A stretch of DNA of 53,327 bases, filler included, from Catajapyx aquilonaris (Eukaryota): assembly GCA_000934665.2 (NCBI GenBank). It is 2 parts of 2 records of this genome, joined end to end, with 100 filler letters (N's around TTAATTAATTAA, not from the genome) between each part and the next. Parts side by side here need not be neighbours in the genome. Positions count along the whole stretch, not along the records: positions 1 to 26,580 come from JYFJ02005184.1; 1 more part is not named here. One strand, 5' to 3'. The translations under genes were made by a program, and so were the position numbers. Under the pieces are notes generated by a model that searched no databases, was not told the origin of the DNA, and worked only from the letters and a program-made list of their open reading frames with translations. Shown here in pieces: positions 1 to 9,879 of the stretch. How positions within the stretch are numbered: the stretch's first letter is position 1; every line of letters begins with the position of its first letter.

Positions 1-983
1 TAAAAATAAAAAATAAAAAATGGCTTTTTTGAGAAAATAATTTTTGAAATATGCGTGTTTTCGCTTATTGCCATATTTTCACCTCGCATATCTCAACAAC
101 ACGCGGAGCTAGCAAAGGTTTTATTGCATAACCTTTAAGGGGTCACCGAGTATGTCACAAACTATAATCGGCATAACCGTCACGTTTACCATAACGGCAT
201 AATAAATTGCGTAATATGCGAATTTTGACCAAAATATGCAATGTTGGAGATTTTTTTGCAGGTGACTGTACCATTAAATCAGGTAAATTTATGCGTTACA
301 TAACAGCGTGTTATTCCAAAAGCATGAGTTTAAAATTTCATGTTGGTTTTCAGAACAGTTCCCGAGATATACTCATTGAAAGCAATGGAAAAAGTGAACT
401 TCCCGTGAAGGTTATTTTGGTACCCCTTGAAAGAAATATTAATATTTCGATAACTAAATTTAATCTCGTAAAACTGATTGCTCCATAAGGGTTCAATTGG
501 ATGTGGGTTTCACATATATTTAAAAAAAAAAAAATCGAAGACCATGACTGGGCACCCTCCGTCTGAATTGAAATGGAACCAGCCATAAGTAAGAATATCA
601 AAAATGTAACCGAATCAAAGTTCTAAATCTGACTTGATCTAGTATAAATCAGACATTGCCAACATAATATCCCACCCTCTGTAAACAGATTGTAAAATTA
701 TGAAGGAAATTGTCTTGGTTTTCTCTCACTTGTATGTACATAGCCTTATGACCCAGTTCTTGTGTGCAACAGTATTTAGTAATTATTGAGCAACCAGTTT
801 TCAAGAAGGACATGCAGAATAATTTCATTGCTAAATTCCCCTTGGCAGTCTGCATGCCTTCTTGGAGATCATTCATTCATCTTTTGCTCGTGGAATTTAA
901 AAGAAAAGTCATCTTCAAACACACACAGAATATTCTGGTTGTCAGTGATGGATGTGCATAATAAATTTCACATTTCATTGCAG

Positions 984-1151
984 CATATGGGCTCACGAGA
1001 GGATGTTGCCAGTCGGATAGAAGAAGATACAAAGCAGAAGATGCTTCTAATGAACCAGCAGGTAGCTGCTAATAAGGAGCAAGTGATTCTAGCGGTACTT
1101 AAGCTGGTGTATGATATCAAGCCAGAGCTGCACAAGAACTACCGTCAATGA
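984..1151 (+). CDS. ATP6V1G: V-type proton ATPase subunit G, last coding exon (upstream exons lie outside the window)
   Basis: Acceptor ttcattgcag at 983, then HMGSREDVASRIEEDTKQKMLLMNQQVAANKEQVILAVLKLVYDIKPELHKNYRQ*. The MGSREDVA and DIKPELHKNYR motifs are typical of arthropod V-ATPase G (Vha13). AATAAA at 1244 and 1332. Confidence 0.93.
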   Translation, partial: HMGSREDVASRIEEDTKQKMLLMNQQVAANKEQVILAVLKLVYDIKPELHKNYRQ

Positions 1152-1356
1152 ACCAGATATTTGCATCCCACTTTTGTGTTCTTTTATCCAGTGGAGTAGC
1201 GCAAAACTATGGATGTCACTGTTAGCACATTGGGTGGTTGGGAAATAAATTAGCACTGAGTAGATTTAAAAACATTCCACTGGTATTTAAAGTGCATGTA
1301 TTATTGTGTATATGATGATGTTGTCAGTATCAATAAATATTTTCTGTTGACTCCAA

Positions 1357-2443
1357 TAGTGATGGGAATAATGGCGACATTTGAGTAGCTGTTGCAGCTA
1401 CATCCAAGTCTCTGCGACAAAATATCATCTCAGCGCTAAACAGCGACTGTCCCTAAATGGCTACAAGAGGGCTACCCGGCTACAAGTTGACTTTTATTTA
1501 AAACAGCTGCTGGGGCGAAGCAGCTACCCCTCTGGCGACATAGCTGCCTCGCCATTGGCTTTACCTGAGCAGCTGCTATTAATCAGCTAAAGTTTGCAGG
1601 AAGGTAGTCTATAAGGCGTGATTACGGAAAGAGCAATATAAATTGTGGATTACACGGACTGTATCTTAAGTGGTGAATAAATGGAAAGTGGTGGTATTCT
1701 ATTGATGCCAACTTAATTTTTTATGTCATGCATATGACAAAAAATTTACTTGGCATCAATAGGACAATAGATAGAGGTATGAACAGTTAATCATACATGG
1801 TCTCGCACATTATTTTGAGATTTTGAGACTACCACATGCAAGTGTGTGAGAGTAATTGCAATTAAAATGACATACTCAGTGCTGTCAAAATCTCCAAAAG
1901 ACAAGCTTTGCAGACACCAGTTCTGGAGTCCACTTCAAATTACATTTATTACTGTACTGTATAAGAACAATAATGCCTGAAATCCGTAGCTTTACAAATA
2001 GCATTATATCGCCATTCCACTTGCCTCAGTGCCTTGTTGAGATTGATGACAACAAGTTGCACATAATTATATCGATGAGTGAAAATAATTACTAATAAAT
2101 AAAATCATCTGCCTAATCCTACGTCACGTAGGCCGGATGCTGGAACATCGATCATTTACTTGCTAACTTGGGCACCAAGTCTCCGAAATTGGCACGAATA
2201 GCCCCAAGGCTGAGAAGTAGCCCAGTATCCCCTACTTCTAAACAGCGACTTTTGCCGATTTCAGCGACTCACATTGCCAGCTGCAGCCGAGTAGGCGTAT
2301 AGGCCAGTAGACGAATCGCCGAAAGTCGCTGTTTAGAAATCAATGATACTTTTGTATGAAAATAAAAGCCGATATTTAGAGTCGCAGCGACATTGCTGTA
2401 GCAGCTACAAGGTAGCCGACTAGTGACTTTCGTCCCACCACTA
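1357..2443. mobile_element. Non-autonomous hAT-superfamily DNA transposon (MITE), 1087 bp
   Basis: Perfect 8-bp TSD GACTCCAA (1349-1356 and 2444-2451). TIR TAGTGATGGGA / TAGTGGTGGGA(rc). Many subterminal GCGAC/AGTCGC and GTAGC/GCTAC motifs. No transposase ORF. Confidence 0.9.
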
Positions 2444-5400
2444 GACTCCAAGTCACCAACTTTTCCCTCCATTCGAACATATATGGTCAGAATGTCTCTT
2501 GAGCCTAGAGGATGTGCCAGGATCAACTTCCATGAAGGGTGGCTTTGGAGTTCCAGAGGCTGAGGATCACAGGACCGATAGTGGTCTCCCCTATTAATAG
2601 GTCCCACTAGGATTACACACGATCCAGAATACAGATCTAGGTAAGTCTGGAAGGCCTGGCGATTGTTGAAATAACAAAATAGCAGTGCATAGCCACAAGG
2701 TATAGAGTAGTTTGATTCATCTGCAAACTGAAGTGGGATGAAGACTGGCGGAGCGTAAGAAGATTGCCACCACTTGCGGTCCACTTCCAGTGCTTCAACA
2801 GGGACACCTGCAAGAGGGCAAGTAGGTGAAGTTGCAGAATGAACAAAATAACACCATTCATATGGCCTTTCCTGCATTCCTGCAAACAGGTTATGCAACT
2901 GAAAGTCCTGATAAGGATCTTTTCTACACAATTTTGTCAGGTGGGAGTGAGTATTATTTTCTAATACGTTTCACCAGTCTAGAGTGATTACAGTCAGTTT
3001 CACATGACTGCGCTGCAGGGCAAAAGACATGGTTCCACTGATGGTCTGATGATAATGTAAGGAACCTTTTTGAGGTGTAGTTGACAGGAATAGGGGCATG
3101 GCCAAACACAGAAGCAATTATTAATTTCTTTTTTAAGATAAAATATTATAACTCGTCGAAGAATAATCTTAATTTTTTGTACGCTAGTGGCAGTGGTTTT
3201 ATAGGATCATTTTCTCAGGCATTAATTATTCTATGTTTTACGTACGGGTCTCACAAAGTGAAGATTGGATTTCTTTTACTCTTTCACTACAAATTTTCCA
3301 CAAAGGTTGGTTTTAAACTTTTAAAGGTTATCTCTATAATGTACAGGGTTCTCCAATTGAAAAATGCCAGTTTTGGTTTTAACACATTATTGGCCCTAAC
3401 ATGCTTATTTTTAAGCAGTTACTTGTAGGGGTTATCAAAATTATTAGCACCTGCTGGTATTAGGCGAAATTATGATTGAATCGTCTATCGAAACTAATCT
3501 TGATTGCATTGAATATTCCATTGATAATGGTCCATTGGTATCTAATTCCAATGAGAGAGCCCACCTTTTGGAAGCCAGAACCACTTCGAAAGCGTTTAAA
3601 TGGATGAGTGCACATAGCTGATTTCTAGCAGCCATGACCTTTGATAACCCCTAAAGGTAAATATACAAAAGATATACTGCTTAAAAATAAACAACTCGGT
3701 GTCAAAAATGGCCAAATAACATGAGAAAATCTATTGGAACACCCGCTGTACAACCTGAGTCTACATGTAAAGGTTTAAAACCCGAAGCAAGCTTGCATAT
3801 ACTGCATTGTTAAAACCTATGCGTTTTAGGAGACTCTTATGTACACGTCTTGCCACCCAAGGAGAACCACACAGTACTTGCATCATGAAATATTACGCAT
3901 TTTGGGCAACTGGAAGAGAGAGAAATATGATGCATAATGTACACTACGTAATAGTGTCGTAAAATTTCCCTTTCTTTCCATAACTCTTGAAAATTCACTC
4001 TTCCCAGTATTAGAGTCAAGGAATACCGGTGTCCAGATCACGGTTGAGTTCGTCGCTGTAATAGTGGTAGTGAACCTGTTTAAATTGCGGTTTTCTTCAC
4101 ACATAGCGCCTTCAGAGCGGTCAGGATTTAATAATCGTTCTAACTGATTTTTAATTAGGTTGGTTAGAATTAAGAAGCAAAAACAATAGAAAGAATAATA
4201 AAACCAGAGGGGCGCGCTACCGAACCGCGAAAGTGTCGTGTATCCACAGGCGTGATAGAGGATTGATTTGCATATAATCGAAAAATGTACGATCATTTGC
4301 TTCCCCATCTTGATTTTTTAAATAAAACACCGATACTCTATGGGTATTTTTATGAAGTCGAAAGGGACAATATTCTTCTTCCTGTACCCCATTATCGGAC
4401 CTTGGGCCCTTATTAGGGGAGTGGAATACCACTATTTTTGGGAACCATATAATATATATATGTTAATTGTTCCAAGGGTAAGTATAGGAGGGGATGTGCA
4501 AAGTGCAAGTGCGCTGTCGTTAATTGGTCATTTTGTGAACTCCCCCGGGTGGCTTAGTCTATCGGAAATTGCCACCCGAAACGAAGCCAGAGATGGCCCA
4601 ACTCTGCACGAAAGAAGGTGGGAACCCCGGGTGGGGATTGAACCCGGGACCTTAACTTCCGTGGGCGCGCGCGTTACCGCGGCGCCACTCCGTCTCCCTG
4701 AAAGGGACAATATTACACATATTGTACCATATTCTGAGATCTTTAATTTAATTTGATAAAATAACTCTCCTCAATGTTAGCCTACATTATTATCGGAAAT
4801 GACAATACAACACTAACTTCCTCAGATGATATGTTGTGACCTCTCGAACACCTCACATGTGTGAGTTCCAGCAGCATTCAGTCGAATGTCGTTTGGAAGT
4901 ATAGCCTGTACTCTTAACCTGACAGAAAATAATCAGTTTTGTCCTACAGTATATCTCCATCACTTGATTTGCACATGTAAACATGTCCACCACAAGTCAT
5001 TATTCTGCAGCGACATTTTATAGGCCTACTCAGTAGTAGTCACGAAACAATAATGGGCTATGAGTTATTTGATTTTCTGTGTTTCTTCTCCGATGTTATT
5101 GTGGATGATACTCCTATATAAATGAAGTAATGAAATTACGGAAGTACGATATAGCTGCATTTCTACATGAACACCATGCACTTTACAGCAGGCTAATTAT
5201 TATCATTCAAGAGAATATAGAGAATGCAATACTCAATCGAGGTATCACATTCACTGATTTCAGGTTCCATAATAATACACGTTATTGCATCTCGAACATT
5301 AGATGCTGTAATATAAATGTGTTACAAAATAGTGCAAGTGCATATAGAGCAGCACCGAAATTTCTCCACCTTCTGACGCTTACATCGCCTTACGTATTTC

Positions 5401-7051
5401 ACATCTGGAACCGGGCACCTTAATTCCGGGGACACCTTACAGCCTGTTTAAAAAAAAACATTTCACAGGCCCTAGATTGTGCAATGCTATTTTATTCATC
5501 CGCCTTGCCCTGCCCCTCCTTCTTCCCCGCCTTCTGGTTCCTTCCGGAGACATAAGGCGTGAGCACATAACTCGGCAGGTTCAACCATCCCTTCAGCGAT
5601 TAGGACCTACCACAGCTCTTGTTTCCCATAACGGTACTTCTCGCCTCCTTACCCACTTTCTCTCCGTGATAACATATAAAATCGGCATCAAGACCCACAC
5701 CGGCACAACACTCTCAACTGTTCCCACAACAAGACCTCTGGTACTCTCAAACTCAGAGAATATGGAGAAGTTGGTGAGTTGTCCAACTTGAAGGTACAGC
5801 AGCTAGCAAGCTAACACGTTTTCTTCTGCAGATGATCCTCTTGGTCACCCTGGCCACCCTGGCGACATTTGCACAGGCTGGACACATTGGAGGCTTCGGC
5901 GGAGGCGACTTCGGCGGCGGAGGCGGCGGCGACGACGATGTAAGTTGTCATTTGGTACAGAGCAATATTTAACGTACTGACATCGATGTGTGTTTCTCCA
6001 GGGCGGACACGGACACAAGACCGAGCATCATGTGGTTCCAGTGTACGTCAAAGTCCCAGTGTACAAGAAGGTTCCAGTTTACAAGAAGGTCCCCGTGGTG
6101 AAGCACTACCCCGTGTACGAAAAGTACCCAGTCTACCAGAAGGTGCCGGTGTACAAGAAGGTCCCCGTCATCCAGAAGGTGCCCGTCATCCAGAAGATCC
6201 CATACCCGGTCAAGATCCCCGTCAAGAGCCACCACCACGAAGGCGGTGACGACGGTGGCTTCGGAGGCGGCTTCGACGGTGGATTCGACGGCGGACACTA
6301 ACAACTTAACCTCCCTCTAATGGTAATTATCCCACACATTACGGGTTAAAAGACCGTGACTAATGCTTTGTTTCATTGCAGAAACGGTTGCTTCAGCAGT
6401 GATGGCGGGCGTAGCACCAAGTTATTGTTCCAAAAGACTTGCTCACTTTCTAACCAGCTGACGGGTGCGATCATTGACGCAATCCCAACATGAAACACGA
6501 TCGTCGCCCCAGATGTGCGTCAAAAAAAAAGCGGAACGACGAGAGCCCCGCCTCGAAAGTGAATACGTAACGCATCGAGTCGCGGCATTATGCAATAATT
6601 TCACAGTCGAAACCCCCCATCGCAGCCTACACTTCCGTCACGACATGTAAATATGAAAGCGAAAAAATTCCTCGGGACAAGAGACTTTGAGTAATAAACA
6701 ATGTTTCTAAAAGAAAACACGCCTTTCAATGTGTGCCTGACCTGTAGCTTGGTGAAAGAGCCATTCCAGGAGACCTGTCCCTGCTCCTATGCTGACCACT
6801 CCACGAAGACCCAGCTGCCTTATTGATTGACCCAAGATGAGCAGATCATCTTCGGTAGGCCGTACCCAACATAACAGCTCGTCGTGTGGACCGGAGTTCA
6901 CTATACTCAGCACATTTCGCCAGTCGCCTGTGAAATATTCGAGCACTTCCCTGTAATGCAGGCAACCCAACTGTGGTTTGCCTATATGTCAGGACATACC
7001 TTTGCTTGCAGATTCGACGATTTCTGTTCTTGTTTCCTTCAAAGGGTCCAT
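2269..7051 (-). CDS. Uncharacterised class I SAM-dependent methyltransferase-like protein, 3 exons (7051-7000, 6927-6742, 2807-2269; 258 aa as assembled)
   Basis: Phase-consistent GT-AG junctions (both phase 1) give MDPLKETRTEIVESASKGDWRNV...VVSIGAGTGLLEWLFHQATGVPVEALEVDRKWW...LLFCYFNN...VILVGP. The GAGTG motif I followed by an acidic strand end (EVD) suggests a Rossmann SAM fold. The last 57 aa are MITE-derived. Confidence 0.8.
3310..3785. mobile_element. Degenerate palindromic Tc1/mariner-like MITE remnant
   Basis: Imperfect inverted matches: tacagggttctccaat (about 3342) vs attggaacacccgctgta (about 3733-3750); tatttttaagcagt..aggggttatcaaa vs tttgataacccct..actgcttaaaaata; ggttttaaac vs gtttaaaacc. 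Boundaries are approximate. Confidence 0.45.
4375..4699 (-). mobile_element. tRNA-derived SINE (family A), full length
   Basis: Perfect 15-bp TSD GAAAGGGACAATATT (4360-4374, 4700-4714). The head has A-box-like TGGCGCCGCGGT and B-box GGTTCAATCCC. The body is shared with the copy at 8174. Confidence 0.88.
5675..5680 (+). promoter_or_regulatory. TATA box of the nested cuticle-type gene
   Basis: TATAAA 87 nt upstream of the ATG at 5762. Confidence 0.55.
5762..6301 (+). CDS. Secreted low-complexity Pro/Val/Tyr/Lys-repeat protein (PV/PY-rich cuticular-protein type), 139 aa; exons 5762-5773, 5832-5939, 6002-6301
   Basis: Phase-0 GT-AG introns (gtgagt, gtaagt). Signal peptide MEKLMILLVTLATLATFAQA, Gly/Asp/His-rich termini, and about 10 hexapeptide (K)VPVYK repeats. 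Probable 3'UTR intron 6323-6381; AATAAA at 6693. Lies antisense inside intron 2 of the methyltransferase-like gene. Confidence 0.88.
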
Positions 7052-7457
7052 GCTTAGCACGAAATTGAAAGTGGTCCTGACCTCGCTTCCTTCTCCGTTT
7101 CTCTCACTTACGATCACGTAACTTGCACGGTATGACGGGTGGCGGCCTGCCAATGATGCAACGCTCTTGTGGGGGTAATAATGTTCTTGGGAGGACGCCA
7201 CTTCAGACCAGGGTCTCATTAAACAAAGCACTTTGGGCTTTGTTTTGCCTCTAAAACGGTTCTGTTTGTGTACTACTGTACGGACTTAAACTCACTTTAT
7301 TTGCATAACCCAAAGGGTATTAAACCCACTCTGGATGTCGATTCGCAAAAAGGTTCCGATATGTAGGCCTACTGTAGGTCTTCTGCTGTGTATGAAATAA
7401 TGAATGGCCATGCAACATACCCCACAAATGGATCAAAGCATTACCCGGATGATGATG

Positions 7458-7503
<46 letters not shown>
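7458..7503. repeat. (AAT)n microsatellite preceded by (GAT)n
   Basis: Read directly from the sequence. Confidence 0.95.
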
Positions 7504-7509
<6 letters not shown>

Positions 7510-8173
7510 TTATTATTTCGCCATTTCTTTCGAGGAACCTCTTGCCCAATTCTTACAACACACCCACAGTAGAAATGAGCAGACCTTCAGGGTCAGTGAT
7601 ATGTATACCTGCTGATGAAGACATACTGGTACCGGTACTTTCTGCTGCATTGAGCTTTACTTTCTGGGTCATCAGTCATCAGGTGAAATATTTGCACACA
7701 AGCTGCAGGGGTCAAAATCCCTGTTATCGTTTTATCATGTTGCTGTTATCATGACAAAGCCAAGCAGGGTTCCGTCCACTTTGGTTGGCCCGACTGAATT
7801 TTTACAAGGACCTCATTAACTTGTGTTAAATAGGTTTCAAATTGCGTTGTCACTGCTCTCTAGAGTAGCAGGAGTCACTGGAGAACACTGGAGGGTGCAG
7901 GAAGGGGGAGATTTGGTGAAGGAGACTCAGCCGTAAAGGTGTACAAACACCAGTCTGTGTGTCACTTGTGATTGCTTCATGACTCCTCTAAATGCACTCA
8001 ATTTAACACATCAAATTTATAAATTACTGGCAAGCATTATTAGAGTAGGGAAATTTTGTAAATGGTACGGTGCTGTACAGTGGATTTAAATAACATTCTC
8101 GTAATAATCAGTCGCAATATGGACGTGGAAGTGGAGTGATTTTATCATTGGACTGCACTTTGGCAGCATGAAC

Positions 8174-8709
8174 GGGGAGGAGGAGTGGAGCTGTGGTAAT
8201 GTATGCGCCCACAGATGTAAGGATCCTGGGTTCGATACCAAGCCCGGGCATAACCACCACCACCCCTCTCTCTGCACGAGATTGGGGGGTGGGGGGGGCA
8301 CCCCCTAATCTCGTGCAGAGTTGGGTCGTCTCTGGATTCATCTCAGGTGGAACTCCTGAGACTAACCACCCAGGGGAGTTCACAAAATGTACCACTATAG
8401 ACACATTGCACTGCCCATTGCACATCCCCTCCCACTCATTCCCCCATCGCTCGCGGTATCCTGCATTATGGAAAAGGACCATCATGTATAAGCTTGTATA
8501 TACTACCGGGTTCAAACACTTTTGGCCACTTTATCCTAGCCTTGAAGCAACCTTTCACACACACACACACCTCCTTAACGTGGGGTCTGTTCGAAGGGTT
8601 GCTTCAAGACCAGGATAAAGTGCCCTAAAGTATTTGAACCCAATAGTACATCTAAAGCAAATGAAGGTACCGTGCCAGATGTCCATCAATGGGCGGTGCA
8701 CTAACCCAA
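8174..8709 (+). mobile_element. Diverged tRNA-derived SINE (family A); 3' boundary uncertain; appears to host a small MITE
   Basis: GGGGAGGAGGAGTGGAGCTGTGGT...GGTTCGATACC head. Body tcgtgcagagttggg...ggggagttcacaaaatg matches the 4375-4699 copy. Possible degenerate TSD tttggcagcatga (8159) / tttggcttcatga (8710). Confidence 0.7.
8503..8646. mobile_element. Short hairpin MITE with TA flanks (Tc1/mariner-like)
   Basis: About 52-bp imperfect TIRs ctaccgggttcaaacacttttggccactttatcctagccttgaagcaacc / rc, with TA on both sides and a (CA)n loop. Confidence 0.7.
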
Positions 8710-9174
8710 TTTGGCTTCATGATCTAGATGTGATGTTAATGCAATAAAATATTTTAATGAAGTTTCACATTTTATTTTTAATGTATTCTATATTAACATA
8801 TCTAAACATGATGCAGGACAGGTTCCCACAGTACAAACACTGGCAGGTATGAACATCTGAAACACATTTTTGGAATGATTACCCTTGAATGTGAACATTG
8901 TGGTTTGGGGTTTGGCTCAACACTGTACAACTAATTACTGTACAGGAAGGTCTACCACAGCAATACAGAGCCAAACTCAGACTATTTTATACCTTAAAAT
9001 ATCAATGATGGAAATTGAAGAAGGATCAAAGAGAATGGACACTGATTTTATCCTATGGACTATCAACTCAATATTAACATATTTATATGCATTTACTTGA
9101 AAGTTTTACACTGTCACAAATAATATAATCATATAATCTGCATTAATTTCTCCGGAGTAATCTCTTTCTAACAT

Positions 9175-9834
9175 TCAATGACTGCACATGTAACCTGCAT
9201 TCCTCTCCCTACTTACTCTTAACACTAACAATCTCTCAGCACCTGCTCTCCTTTCCATGACTACTTTGGAGTAAAAATCTTTGTTGTCCAGAATATTTCT
9301 TACATCCTCAACATCATTTTCTCTGCTGAGAAGCAAATATGCCACCCCTTCCTGTGACAACAGTTGTGGCATCCGGTCCAAAATTTTATCAATTATGAGT
9401 CTACCCTTGGGGCCACCTGCCCAAGCTGCCCGCAAGCCTGTGCCACCAACTTCATCTGCCAAGGTAGTGACATAAGGTGGATTGCAAACAAGCAAGTCCA
9501 CTTTCCCATCTAAGTGATCAAGTCCTGAAAACAAATCGGTCCTGACGCATTCCACGTTAACCTCATTTGCAATGGCAGTTGAGTAGGTCACTTTGCATGC
9601 TTCTGGGTTCATATCGACAGCCATCACAACACAGAAAGTGCCAAGAGACTTGGCCAGTGCAGTTGAGACCATTCCTGATCCACTTCCAAGTTCAATTGCT
9701 ATGGTTGGTTGGAGAGACATGATCAAAGTAAGGTCTTCTTCCAGAGCATCCAACAGAAGGAATGTATCTTCTGCTGGTTCGTAAACAGAGTTCCATACAC
9801 TTGGATCCAAGTGGGAGATATCTGGAGTTTGCAT
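9175..9834 (-). CDS. N6AMT1: HemK2/N6AMT1 (KMT9; eRF1 glutamine methyltransferase), intronless, 219 aa
   Basis: VYEPAEDTFLLLDALE, ELGSGSG motif I, NPPY motif IV, AWAGG..GR, and C-terminal ERRAGAERL, all hallmark HemK2/Mtq2 motifs. Start context CAAAAATG. Minus-strand AATAAA at 8776-8771. Confidence 0.96.
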   Translation of the reverse strand: MQTPDISHLDPSVWNSVYEPAEDTFLLLDALEEDLTLIMSLQPTIAIELGSGSGMVSTALAKSLGTFCVVMAVDMNPEACKVTYSTAIANEVNVECVRTDLFSGLDHLDGKVDLLVCNPPYVTTLADEVGGTGLRAAWAGGPKGRLIIDKILDRMPQLLSQEGVAYLLLSRENDVEDVRNILDNKDFYSKVVMERRAGAERLLVLRVSRERNAGYMCSH

Positions 9835-9879
9835 TTTTGAATCTGAGATGTAGGTTTAGATTTAGAAGTGTCTAGGGAT

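Noticed and set aside
1..642. Repeat-like AT-rich segment ending in CTAG|T (Helitron-like end) in the V-ATPase G intron
   Set aside because: The 5' end is outside the window, and no clear subterminal hairpin or second copy supports a call.
5969..6304. Antisense ORF (DDGHLL repeats) and alternative-frame ORF 5986-6249
   Set aside because: Shadows of the codon-biased repeat exon. Only the KVPVY frame links to a signal peptide through canonical splice sites.
7388..7754. Poly-N/I/L/Y ORFs here and at 46128-46650, 46973-47266, 48635-48896 and 52256-52550
   Set aside because: Translations of trinucleotide microsatellites.
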